Of a DNA stretch of 64,000 nt, positions 29,744 to 37,135 are shown piece after piece. The position numbers and the translations under genes were made by a program. The notes below the pieces were generated by a model. The model saw nothing but the letters and a program-made list of their open reading frames with translations. It was not told where the DNA came from and did not search any database. The stretch is from positions 96,001 through 160,000 of the forward strand of contig JBILLK010000015.1 in the NCBI GenBank assembly GCA_044376115.1, in the 5' to 3' direction. This stretch comes from Polyangiaceae bacterium (GTDB lineage: Bacteria > Myxococcota_A > Polyangia > Polyangiales > Polyangiaceae). Within the stretch, counting starts at the first letter, position 1; each line of letters starts with the position of its first letter.

Positions 29744-29837
29744 CGGGCGCGGTCGCAAACGCGTGCTTGTTCGCGCAGTCCTCATCGGTTCCGTAAGGGG
29801 CTGCACGCATTCAGCGCACACGAATCCTGGGCTGAGA

Positions 29838-29853
29838 TGGCTCAACGATTGCT
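29838..29853 (+). promoter_or_regulatory. sigma54 promoter of flbD-motAB
   Basis: TGGCTCAACGATTGCT (GG-N10-GC); 12 nt from GC to the flbD GTG. Confidence 0.75.
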
Positions 29854-29864
29854 TGGGTGCGGGC

Positions 29865-30080
29865 GTGGTCAAACTCACCCGGCTCAACAATCAGACCATC
29901 ACGGTCAACCCAGACAACGTTTTATGGGCGGAGTCATCGCCTGACACGACGCTGTGCTTGCTCGGGGGAGAGAAGGTCCTCGTCCGCGAAAGCATGGACG
30001 AGCTTATCGAGCGAGTGATCGCTTTCCGACGCATGGTCGCTTCGGAATTTCCCCAGTCTCGTCGCGACGTCGACGGCTGA
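29865..30080 (+). CDS. flbD: FlbD/SwrD family small flagellar protein
   Basis: (M)VKLTRLNNQTITVNPD...ESSPDTTL.LLGGEKVLVRESMDELIERVIAFRR; directly before motA. GTG start at 29865. Confidence 0.88.
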   Translation: MVKLTRLNNQTITVNPDNVLWAESSPDTTLCLLGGEKVLVRESMDELIERVIAFRRMVASEFPQSRRDVDG

Positions 30081-30101
30081 CGCTAAGAAAGGAGTCGACT
30101 C

Positions 30102-30887
30102 TTGGATACAGGCATCATCATCGGCATCGTGGTCGCGTTCGCAATGATTCTCGGCGGCAACGTCTTGGAGGGTGGACATCTCAGCTCGATCGTGAACGCC
30201 CCCGCCTTCATGATCGTCATCGGAGGAACCGTCGGAGCCGTCATCGTGCAGTTCCCTTTGCCCATCGTTAAGCAAACCATGGGCGCGCTAGGCAAACTCA
30301 TGAAGCCGCCACACCACGACCCCGAGAAGATTCTCGAGCAGATTGTGGATTTCGCGCAGCGCGCGAGAAAAGACGGAATCCTGGCGCTCGAGAAGGTCGC
30401 TGGTGAAGCGCATCACCCCTTCCTGGCGAAGGGCATCATGATGGCGGTAGACGGCTCGGACTCCAACGCCATCCGCGCGACGCTCGAGGTCGTCATCTCC
30501 CAAGACGAAGCGCATCAAGAGAACTCCGCCAAAGTGCTCGAGGCTGGCGGTGGCTACTGCCCAACCATTGGCATCATCGGCGCCGTGCTCGGTCTAATTC
30601 ACGTTATGAGTAACCTCTCCGACATCAACAAGGTCGGTACCGGTATCGCAGGCGCCTTCGTCGCTACCATCTACGGCGTCGCGGCCTCCAACATCTTTTT
30701 CCTACCGCTGGCGGGTCGCATCAAAGTCCGTCTTCATGAGGAGACACAACTGATGGAGCTGATGCTCTCGGGCGTATTGGCGATCCAAGAGGGCCTCAAC
30801 CCGAAGCTCGTCCGTGAACGCCTATCAGCCTATGTGACCTCGCACGAGAAGGCTGGCGCAGCGGCTGGCGCCAAGGCACCGGCCTGA
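30102..30887 (+). CDS. motA: Flagellar stator MotA
   Basis: PAFMIVIGGT, RARKDGILALE (conserved Arg/Glu), PTIGIIGAVLGLI, AFVATIYG; AAGGAG RBS with TTG start. Confidence 0.95.
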   Translation: MDTGIIIGIVVAFAMILGGNVLEGGHLSSIVNAPAFMIVIGGTVGAVIVQFPLPIVKQTMGALGKLMKPPHHDPEKILEQIVDFAQRARKDGILALEKVAGEAHHPFLAKGIMMAVDGSDSNAIRATLEVVISQDEAHQENSAKVLEAGGGYCPTIGIIGAVLGLIHVMSNLSDINKVGTGIAGAFVATIYGVAASNIFFLPLAGRIKVRLHEETQLMELMLSGVLAIQEGLNPKLVRERLSAYVTSHEKAGAAAGAKAPA

Positions 30888-30920
30888 TCCACTCCCACCC
30901 CAACCGAGAATCGGCGGACC

Positions 30921-31694
30921 GTGAGAAAAAAGAAGCACCCTGAACACGTCAATCATGAACGCTGGCTGGTTAGCTTTGCCGACTTCATGACGCTGCTGTT
31001 CGCATTTTTCGTCGTTATGTTCTCGGTTTCCCAGGTGGATAGTCAGAAGGTGGGTCGGTTTACCCAATCCTTCCAAGCAGCCATCGGAATAGAGCTCGTG
31101 CCGGGTGGCCAAGGCATCATGCCCTCGGAAGGCGCAGGGATGTTTCCCGGCGACAAACCCCCGGAGGAGGTCCCTGAAGAGGGCGGCAAGGGGAAGGGCA
31201 AAGGAAAGGGCAAAGGCGGCAACAAGGACGAGCTCAAGGCCTTGGCCGAGGCGCTCGAGGCACAGGCCAAGGTGCGCAAAGAGCTGGCTGGTCTCAAGAT
31301 CGTCCGCCGCGGGAACGAGCTGGTGCTGCGGCTTGACGAGACCATCCTGTTCACCAGCGGTGACGACCAAATCAGCGACGACGCGCGGCTAGTACTCAAG
31401 GCGATCGGCGAGGAGCTCAAGGATCGGCCGGTCTTGGTCCGAGTCGAGGGCCACACCGATGACCAGCCGATCTCCACTGGGCGTTTCCGCTCCAATTGGG
31501 ACCTCTCCACGGCGCGAGCCACCAGCGTCGTAACAACGCTCGCGGCGCTCGCCGATGTGAAGCCCAACCGCCTTGCTGCAATGGGGTATGCGGAGTACCA
31601 GCCGCTCGGCGACAATTCGACGAAGGAAGGGCGTTCGCAGAACCGGCGCGTCGACTTCGTATTGACGGTGGAGGTGCCGCAGCCGGTGCCCTAG
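30921..31694 (+). CDS. motB: Flagellar stator MotB
   Basis: WLVSFADFMTLLFAFF (critical Asp), OmpA-like peptidoglycan-binding domain (VEGHTD, NWDLSTARA, NRRV). Confidence 0.95.
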   Translation: MRKKKHPEHVNHERWLVSFADFMTLLFAFFVVMFSVSQVDSQKVGRFTQSFQAAIGIELVPGGQGIMPSEGAGMFPGDKPPEEVPEEGGKGKGKGKGKGGNKDELKALAEALEAQAKVRKELAGLKIVRRGNELVLRLDETILFTSGDDQISDDARLVLKAIGEELKDRPVLVRVEGHTDDQPISTGRFRSNWDLSTARATSVVTTLAALADVKPNRLAAMGYAEYQPLGDNSTKEGRSQNRRVDFVLTVEVPQPVP

Positions 31695-31717
31695 CGATAG
31701 CTAAGTTAATCTTTTTG

Positions 31718-31747
31718 AAGGCGCGCCAAAAAGGTGCGCCTTTTTTT
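31718..31747 (+). terminator. Intrinsic terminator after motB
   Basis: AAGGCGCGCC-AAAAA-GGTGCGCCTT hairpin running into a T7 tract. Confidence 0.85.
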
Positions 31748-31883
31748 GCTTTGTAGCGGCCGTAGTGACGAACAAATCGAGAAGTTGACACCTGGGCGCC
31801 AAGCTCGTGGCAGCAACTCAAGACGATCGAGCGCGGTAGCCTCGAGAAGCCACGATATGCCGCGAATAAGGCCTCAATTCAAC

Positions 31884-31899
31884 TGGCACAGCATTCGCT
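31884..31899 (+). promoter_or_regulatory. sigma54 promoter of flgGAHIJ
   Basis: TGGCACAGCATTCGCT (GG-N10-GC), followed by a GGAGG RBS and ATG 31922. Confidence 0.8.
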
Positions 31900-31921
31900 T
31901 AGCCACTCAACGGAGGCTACA

Positions 31922-32701
31922 ATGTTTCGCTCGCTGCAAATCGCTGCCACGGGAATGGTTGCACAAGAGACCAAACTCGACACGATCGCCAACAACCTCG
32001 CTAATGCGAATACCACTGGCTACAAGCGCCAGGACGCAGAGTTTGAGGACTTGCTCTACCAAACGCAGCGTGGAGCGTCGGCGGCAGGCGGTGCTGGTGG
32101 GCCCACCTCGGTCCAGCTCGGCTCGGGTTCACGCGTAGTCGCAACTCCGCGGTCCTTCAGCCAGGGCACCATCCAACAGACGGGCAACCCGCTCGACCTC
32201 GCTATCGAGGGCAATGGCTTTCTAACCGTCACACGGGAGGACGGCACACAGGCCTTTACCCGCGCTGGAGCTCTCAAGGTTGGGTCGGACGGTCGAATCG
32301 TGACCAGTGATGGCTTGGCGATTGAACCGTCGATCTCAGTACCGCCGGAGGCCGTCAATATCGTCGTCGGTAGCGACGGCAGGGTGCAAGCCGAGATTCC
32401 CGGCCAGGCGGCGCCGGTCGACTTGGGGCGACTCGAACTTACCAACTTCGCGAACCCGGCCGGCCTCAATGCGATTGGCCACAACCTCTACGTCCAAAGC
32501 GGCTCGAGTGGAGACCCTTCTACTGGCGAGCCCGGAACCGAGGGCCGTGGGCGCTTCATGCAGGGCGCATTGGAAGGCTCCAACGTCGAGGTCGTAGGCG
32601 AGATGATCGGTCTGATTCGTACGCAGCGCGCCTACGAGATCAACTCGAAGGTCATCGCAGCAGCAGACGAGATGCTGCGCTCCGCAACTCAATTGAGGTA
32701 G
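31922..32701 (+). CDS. flgG: Distal rod protein FlgG
   Basis: AATGM.AQ...IANNLANANTTGYKR..AEFEDLLYQ, LEGSNVEVVGEM...QRAYEINSK. Confidence 0.95.
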   Translation: MFRSLQIAATGMVAQETKLDTIANNLANANTTGYKRQDAEFEDLLYQTQRGASAAGGAGGPTSVQLGSGSRVVATPRSFSQGTIQQTGNPLDLAIEGNGFLTVTREDGTQAFTRAGALKVGSDGRIVTSDGLAIEPSISVPPEAVNIVVGSDGRVQAEIPGQAAPVDLGRLELTNFANPAGLNAIGHNLYVQSGSSGDPSTGEPGTEGRGRFMQGALEGSNVEVVGEMIGLIRTQRAYEINSKVIAAADEMLRSATQLR

Positions 32702-32704
32702 TCC

Positions 32705-33445
32705 ATGAAGAAGCTAGCCTTCGCTATCGTTCTATCGCTCTTCGCAGTACCGTCGGTGGGCGAGTCCGCAGAGGCAAAAGCCAAGGAGCGTGCTCTGGCT
32801 TCGCCGCGCATTACGCTGGGGGACATCGCCGATGTGCCCGAGGCGCTACGAGCCGTCGATCTGGGGCCAGCCCCAATGCCGGGCTCTTCGCGCTTGTTGA
32901 AGCGCGAAGAGCTGGAGGGCGCAATTCCGGAGGCCGATCGCAAAGGCTTGAGCCTGCCGGCCTTGGTCCGCGTGGTTCGCAAAAGCCGGACGCTGAGCGT
33001 CACCGACATCGAGTCGATTGTGGGGGAGGCGCTCCAAGCTCGCGGGCTACCGAAGGGAGCTACGCTAACCCGCATTCGTCCACGTGCCGCGACTGTGGTT
33101 GCAGACGGGTTCGATTCGGCAGTATTGGAGTTCGCCAAGCCCCCGCGCCGCGAGGGAAAGCACCTCACAGCCGCGACGGTTCACCTGATGCAAGGCGGTG
33201 AGGAGATTGGCAAGTTGGTCGTCAATATCGAATTCGCCCTCAGCAAGGAAGCAGCGATCGCTGATGTCCCCAAGGGCTCCAAGGTGCAATTCACCATTCA
33301 GCGTGGAGCCGTGATGGTGAGCGCCCTCGCGACCACCGCCGCGGACGCCGACGTGGGTGATTCGGTGCTTGTTACGGTCGCCGACTCCGGGAAGGTCCTG
33401 CGAGGCCGGGTGCAGAGTTCCAACGTTGTTACGGAGGCGAAGTAA
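32705..33445 (+). CDS. flgA: P-ring assembly chaperone FlgA (divergent)
   Basis: Signal peptide, RITLGDIA...LGPAPMPG, C-terminal VPKGSKV...ADVGDSVLV...SGKVLRGRV; between flgG and flgH. Confidence 0.8.
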   Translation: MKKLAFAIVLSLFAVPSVGESAEAKAKERALASPRITLGDIADVPEALRAVDLGPAPMPGSSRLLKREELEGAIPEADRKGLSLPALVRVVRKSRTLSVTDIESIVGEALQARGLPKGATLTRIRPRAATVVADGFDSAVLEFAKPPRREGKHLTAATVHLMQGGEEIGKLVVNIEFALSKEAAIADVPKGSKVQFTIQRGAVMVSALATTAADADVGDSVLVTVADSGKVLRGRVQSSNVVTEAK

Positions 33446-33449
33446 TCGC

Positions 33450-34175
33450 ATGAGTTCAGAAGTATCCTCGATTGCACGTAACACGGAGACGCTGCTGATC
33501 TCCGGCATGGTGGTGCTCACGCTCGGCTGCGAGCCACCGCACATCGGTGACTACGCGCCGAAGCAACGCGACTACGAACCGGCCAAATACGCCGCCAGCG
33601 ATCCGTCTTATGCGCCCTCACGCGGGTCGCTTTTCAGCGACGCCAATCGCGGCTACTTCGAGGACTCCCGCAGCTCTCGCGTTGGCGATCTCGTGCTTAT
33701 CGAGATTGACGAGCAGGCCGACGCCTCCGGCGACTCGAGCACGGAGCTCGCCAAGGAAGGCTCCTTCGACATGGGCATCACCAATGTATTTGGGTTGCTA
33801 TCCGCTGTTAAGGCGGCGATGCCAGAGCTGGATCCAAGCCACATGCTCTCGTTCTTCAGCGAGTCTGACTTCGCTGGGCGAGGCAACACCAGCCGCAAGG
33901 GAACCTTGAGAGGTCGCATCGCGGTGCGCATAGCGCGGCAGATGCCGAACGGAGATCTGTTTCTCGAGGGCACCAAGGTGATCATGATCAACAACGAAGA
34001 GTATCACCTGTACGTGTCAGGGCTGATTCGCTCAGTCGACATCAGCAGCGACAACTCGGTGCCTTCGTCACGAATTGCGGACGCCGAGGTGGAGTTCACC
34101 GGTCGAGGCGACATCGCGGACCAACAGCGCAAGGGCTTGCTTGGACGCGCGCTCGACAAGGTCAACCCGCTATGA
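33450..34175 (+). CDS. flgH: L-ring lipoprotein FlgH
   Basis: Lipobox LTLGC, GSLF, VGDLVLIEIDE, PNGDLFLEGTK, SGLIRSVDI..DNSVPSSRIADA. Confidence 0.93.
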   Translation: MSSEVSSIARNTETLLISGMVVLTLGCEPPHIGDYAPKQRDYEPAKYAASDPSYAPSRGSLFSDANRGYFEDSRSSRVGDLVLIEIDEQADASGDSSTELAKEGSFDMGITNVFGLLSAVKAAMPELDPSHMLSFFSESDFAGRGNTSRKGTLRGRIAVRIARQMPNGDLFLEGTKVIMINNEEYHLYVSGLIRSVDISSDNSVPSSRIADAEVEFTGRGDIADQQRKGLLGRALDKVNPL

Positions 34176-34206
34176 CCATCTCACAATCGACTCAACCTGG
34201 TGCAAT

Positions 34207-35325
34207 ATGAATACTAAAATCCGTCTCCGTGGAGTCTGCATGTTAGCGCTCACGGCGGGAGCACTAACCCTGGCGCCAGCGAAAACCGCTCGCGCAGACA
34301 AGGTTCGTGATTTGGTCGAGGTCGCTGGCGCACGCGACAACCAGCTGGTTGGGTTCGGCGTCGTCACGGGTCTCGCGGGGACCGGCGACGATGCGACCGC
34401 GCCGATCGCGGCCAAAGCGACGATCGAGATGCTGCGCCGACTGGGCGTGGCCATCGATCCAAAGCAGATTCAGCTGAGGAACGTCGCGGCAGTGGTGGTC
34501 ACAGCGACGCTGCCTCCGTTTGCCAAGCCCGGTACCAAACTCGATATCTCGATCAGCTCGATCGGCAACGCGAAGTCGCTTTCGGGTGGAACCCTCGTTC
34601 AAGCGCTGCTCAAAGGAGCCGACCAAAAGACGTATGCGGCCGCGCAAGGCAGCATCATCGTGGGTGGCTTCTCTGGAAAGGGAGCGAGTGGCAGCTCCGT
34701 GAAGCAAGGCTCGCTCACGGCAGGCCGGATTCCGATGGGCGCGATCGTCGAGCGTGAGGTCGTCTCGTCGATCTTGAACGACAAGGGCGAGCTATCACTT
34801 TCGCTTCGAAGCCCAAGCTTCACCACCGCCTCTCGCTTGGCCGAAGCGATCTCCAAGAGCCTTGGGGAAGGCGTCGCAGAGGCGCTCGATGGTGGTTCGG
34901 TGAGCGTGAAGGTCCCCGAGGAGTTCAAGAAGAACCCGGTTCAGCTGCTTGCGCAGATCGAAGAGCTCGAGGTTATGCCCGTGCGCAAGTCACGAATCGT
35001 GATCAGCGAACGTAACGGAACCATCATCGCGGGTGGCGACGTGCGCCTGGCCCCGATGGCCATCGTCCACGGAAGCTTGACGATCGTCGTCAAAGAAACA
35101 CCGCAGGTCTCTCAGCCGGTGATCGGCCAAGGCACCAAGGTTCAGAGTTCCGAAGTGACCGCCAAAGAGAAGATCCCCACCGTGCAGTTCATGGAGGGCG
35201 CCGGCTCGTTGGCCGATGTCGCTGATGCCTTGGGCGCGCTCGGGCTCTCCGCTCGGGAATTGGCGAGCGTGCTTTCCGCGATGAAAACAGCTGGCGGCCT
35301 CGAGGCCGAGGTGGTGGTCGAATGA
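34207..35325 (+). CDS. flgI: P-ring protein FlgI
   Basis: Signal peptide, RDNQLVGFGVVTGLAGTGD, NVAAVVVTATLPPFAKPG, GNAKSLSGGTL, ERNGTIIAG. Confidence 0.95.
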   Translation: MNTKIRLRGVCMLALTAGALTLAPAKTARADKVRDLVEVAGARDNQLVGFGVVTGLAGTGDDATAPIAAKATIEMLRRLGVAIDPKQIQLRNVAAVVVTATLPPFAKPGTKLDISISSIGNAKSLSGGTLVQALLKGADQKTYAAAQGSIIVGGFSGKGASGSSVKQGSLTAGRIPMGAIVEREVVSSILNDKGELSLSLRSPSFTTASRLAEAISKSLGEGVAEALDGGSVSVKVPEEFKKNPVQLLAQIEELEVMPVRKSRIVISERNGTIIAGGDVRLAPMAIVHGSLTIVVKETPQVSQPVIGQGTKVQSSEVTAKEKIPTVQFMEGAGSLADVADALGALGLSARELASVLSAMKTAGGLEAEVVVE

Positions 35326-35600
35326 AAATCGGGCCCACCGCAAACCAAGCGCCACAGATATCGGCCAAGGAGGACGCGGAGCTTGCCCGCATCTGTAAGG
35401 AGTTCGAGGGCGTTTTTCTCAGGCAGCTGCTAACCGTCGCCAAAGTTGGGGAACAAGGAGGTCAATCGGGCTACGGGCCAATGATCGTCGACTCGCTTGC
35501 GACTTCGGTCGGAGACGCGGGCGGCCTCGGCTTGGCCGATAAGATCCGTGAGGCGCTCGCTGGGGCTCAAACGGCCAACACGAAAGATTCGTCAAAATGA
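35322..35600 (+). CDS. flgJ: Short FlgJ (rod-capping domain only, no muramidase)
   Basis: LARICKEFEGVFLRQLL...GGLGLADKI; 92 aa; overlaps the flgI stop. Confidence 0.85.
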   Translation: MKIGPTANQAPQISAKEDAELARICKEFEGVFLRQLLTVAKVGEQGGQSGYGPMIVDSLATSVGDAGGLGLADKIREALAGAQTANTKDSSK

Positions 35601-35891
35601 TGACTCTTTGCGCGCCTGAGCTCTTCACAAACGGGGCCATGGGTCCGTTGTCCTTCCTGTCGGGCCTCGCTGTGGATAACTGCGTTGGTCTCGCCTTGAG
35701 CTCCGCGGCTGTGGTGAATGCTCACGTGTCTCGTACTGAGAACACGGATGCAGCAGCTCCTTCCCGAGTTGAAACAACCAGCTCGGCAGCCCGATTTGGC
35801 GCTTCCACGAAGCTCGCGCTGGGGCCAACTTTTCAAGCAAGATCAACGAGTACGACATACACCGACATGTTTCTGACGGGTGTCGGAAACG

Positions 35892-35907
35892 TGGCACGTC
35901 TCTCGCA
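35892..35907 (+). promoter_or_regulatory. sigma54 promoter of the FleQ-like activator / PilZ-sigma28 operon
   Basis: TGGCACGTCTCTCGCA (GG-N10-GC). Confidence 0.7.
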
Positions 35908-36080
35908 ATGGGTGGATGCAGACGCTGAGCTTCGCATTCATGACCCCCGCACGGCGCGGTCCGGTTCGATGGATTGCAACGGCTTCAGCACCCTAGTCCC
36001 GGATCGCCCCGGGAGATGGAGCTGCTTCCCACAACTCGGTGGGGAAGCTGGCTCGGTCGGCGACATGGAGGTGCCGTGTG

Positions 36081-37106
36081 ATGAACGTGCAACAGGTGGA
36101 CACTACTCGCGTGCGCATGACGTTGAGGCCTACGAGCCGCGGGAAGATTGTCGGCAAGAGCCAGCTCTTGACGGACCTCGTGGAGAACATCGACCGCATT
36201 GCGCGAGCGAACTGCACGGTGCTGGTGACGGGAGAGAGTGGGACGGGCAAAGAGATGCTCGTCGCCGCCATTCACGACGCAAGCGTGCGGGCCAAGGGTC
36301 CGCTCGTCACCTTGAACTGCGGCGCCATTCCGGAGGCTTTGCTCGAAAGCGAGCTCTTCGGCCACGCCAAGGGCGCCTTCACCGGCGCACACGCTACGCG
36401 TCAGGGGCGCGTAGCAGCAGCCGAGGGTGGAACGCTGTTCCTCGACGAAATCGGGGAGATGCCGCTCGCGCTGCAGGTGAAGCTACTGCGCCTCTTGCAA
36501 CAGCGCGAATACTCCCCTGTTGGCGACTCAAAGACCTACCGCTGCGACCTTCGCGTCGTGGCGGCAACCAACCGCGACCTCGAGGCGGAAGTCCGCGCAG
36601 GTCGTTTCCGAGAAGACCTCTACTACAGGCTCAACGTGATCCCGCTACACATTCCCCCGCTGCGAGACCGCAAAGACGACATCAGTGCACTCGTTCTTCA
36701 CTTCTTCGAGCGCATGAAGGAAGACCTAGGCCGCGAGGATCTCGAGGGCTTCTCGCCCGAGGCGCTCGCACTGCTCGAGACCTATGGTTGGCCGGGCAAT
36801 ATCCGCGAACTTCAGAACGTCGTGGAGCGCGCTGTGCTGCTAGCCATTGGTCCTGAAGTGAGCGCGCAAGATCTGCCGATGTCGGTGCGTTCGCGCGACG
36901 TCCGCGGAGCAGCGGGCAGCGGGCTGCCCTCGGAGCTGCCTGCCATGGGGCTCGACCTCAAGGCCGTCGTGGACGAGTACGAAAGCAATCTCATTCGTCA
37001 GGCGCTGGCGCGCACGGGCGGAAACAAGAATCGCGCAGCGCAGCTCTTGGGGCTCAACCGCACGACGCTCGTCGAAATGGTTAAGCGCAAGCGCATCGCG
37101 AGCTGA
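36081..37106 (+). CDS. FleQ/FlrA-like sigma54 activator with no N-terminal regulatory domain (341 aa)
   Basis: GGAGGT RBS then ATG 36081; AAA+ starts after ~22 aa ([19 protein letters not shown]); FleQ-like HTH tail [17 protein letters not shown]...[10 protein letters not shown]. Confidence 0.88.
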   Translation: MNVQQVDTTRVRMTLRPTSRGKIVGKSQLLTDLVENIDRIARANCTVLVTGESGTGKEMLVAAIHDASVRAKGPLVTLNCGAIPEALLESELFGHAKGAFTGAHATRQGRVAAAEGGTLFLDEIGEMPLALQVKLLRLLQQREYSPVGDSKTYRCDLRVVAATNRDLEAEVRAGRFREDLYYRLNVIPLHIPPLRDRKDDISALVLHFFERMKEDLGREDLEGFSPEALALLETYGWPGNIRELQNVVERAVLLAIGPEVSAQDLPMSVRSRDVRGAAGSGLPSELPAMGLDLKAVVDEYESNLIRQALARTGGNKNRAAQLLGLNRTTLVEMVKRKRIAS

Positions 37107-37135
37107 CTTCTAGCTTCTCTAAGAAAGGAACGACC

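Noticed and set aside
31185..31220. GK repeat in motB as a phase-variable tract
   Set aside because: Codons vary (AAG/AAA; GGG/GGC/GGA) and the repeat is in frame within the flexible linker; ordinary low complexity.
30102..31694. MotAB as the gliding motor AglRQS or a TolQR/ExbBD pair
   Set aside because: MotB has the flagellar WxxxxAD motif plus an OmpA-like domain, and MotA is a flagellar 4-TM type preceded by flbD.
35535..35542. GCCGATAA as a sigma28 -10 element
   Set aside because: It lies within the conserved GLADK codons of flgJ and has no TAAA -35 at 15 nt spacing.
35600..35900. Replication origin
   Set aside because: Only one DnaA box, no AT-rich unwinding element and no dnaA/dnaN/gidA context.
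35597..36856. 419-aa plus-strand ORF, or a hidden flgM/flgN after flgJ
   Set aside because: Mostly an off-frame shadow of the activator gene; the frames I read in 35600-36080 give no FlgM- or FlgN-like peptide.
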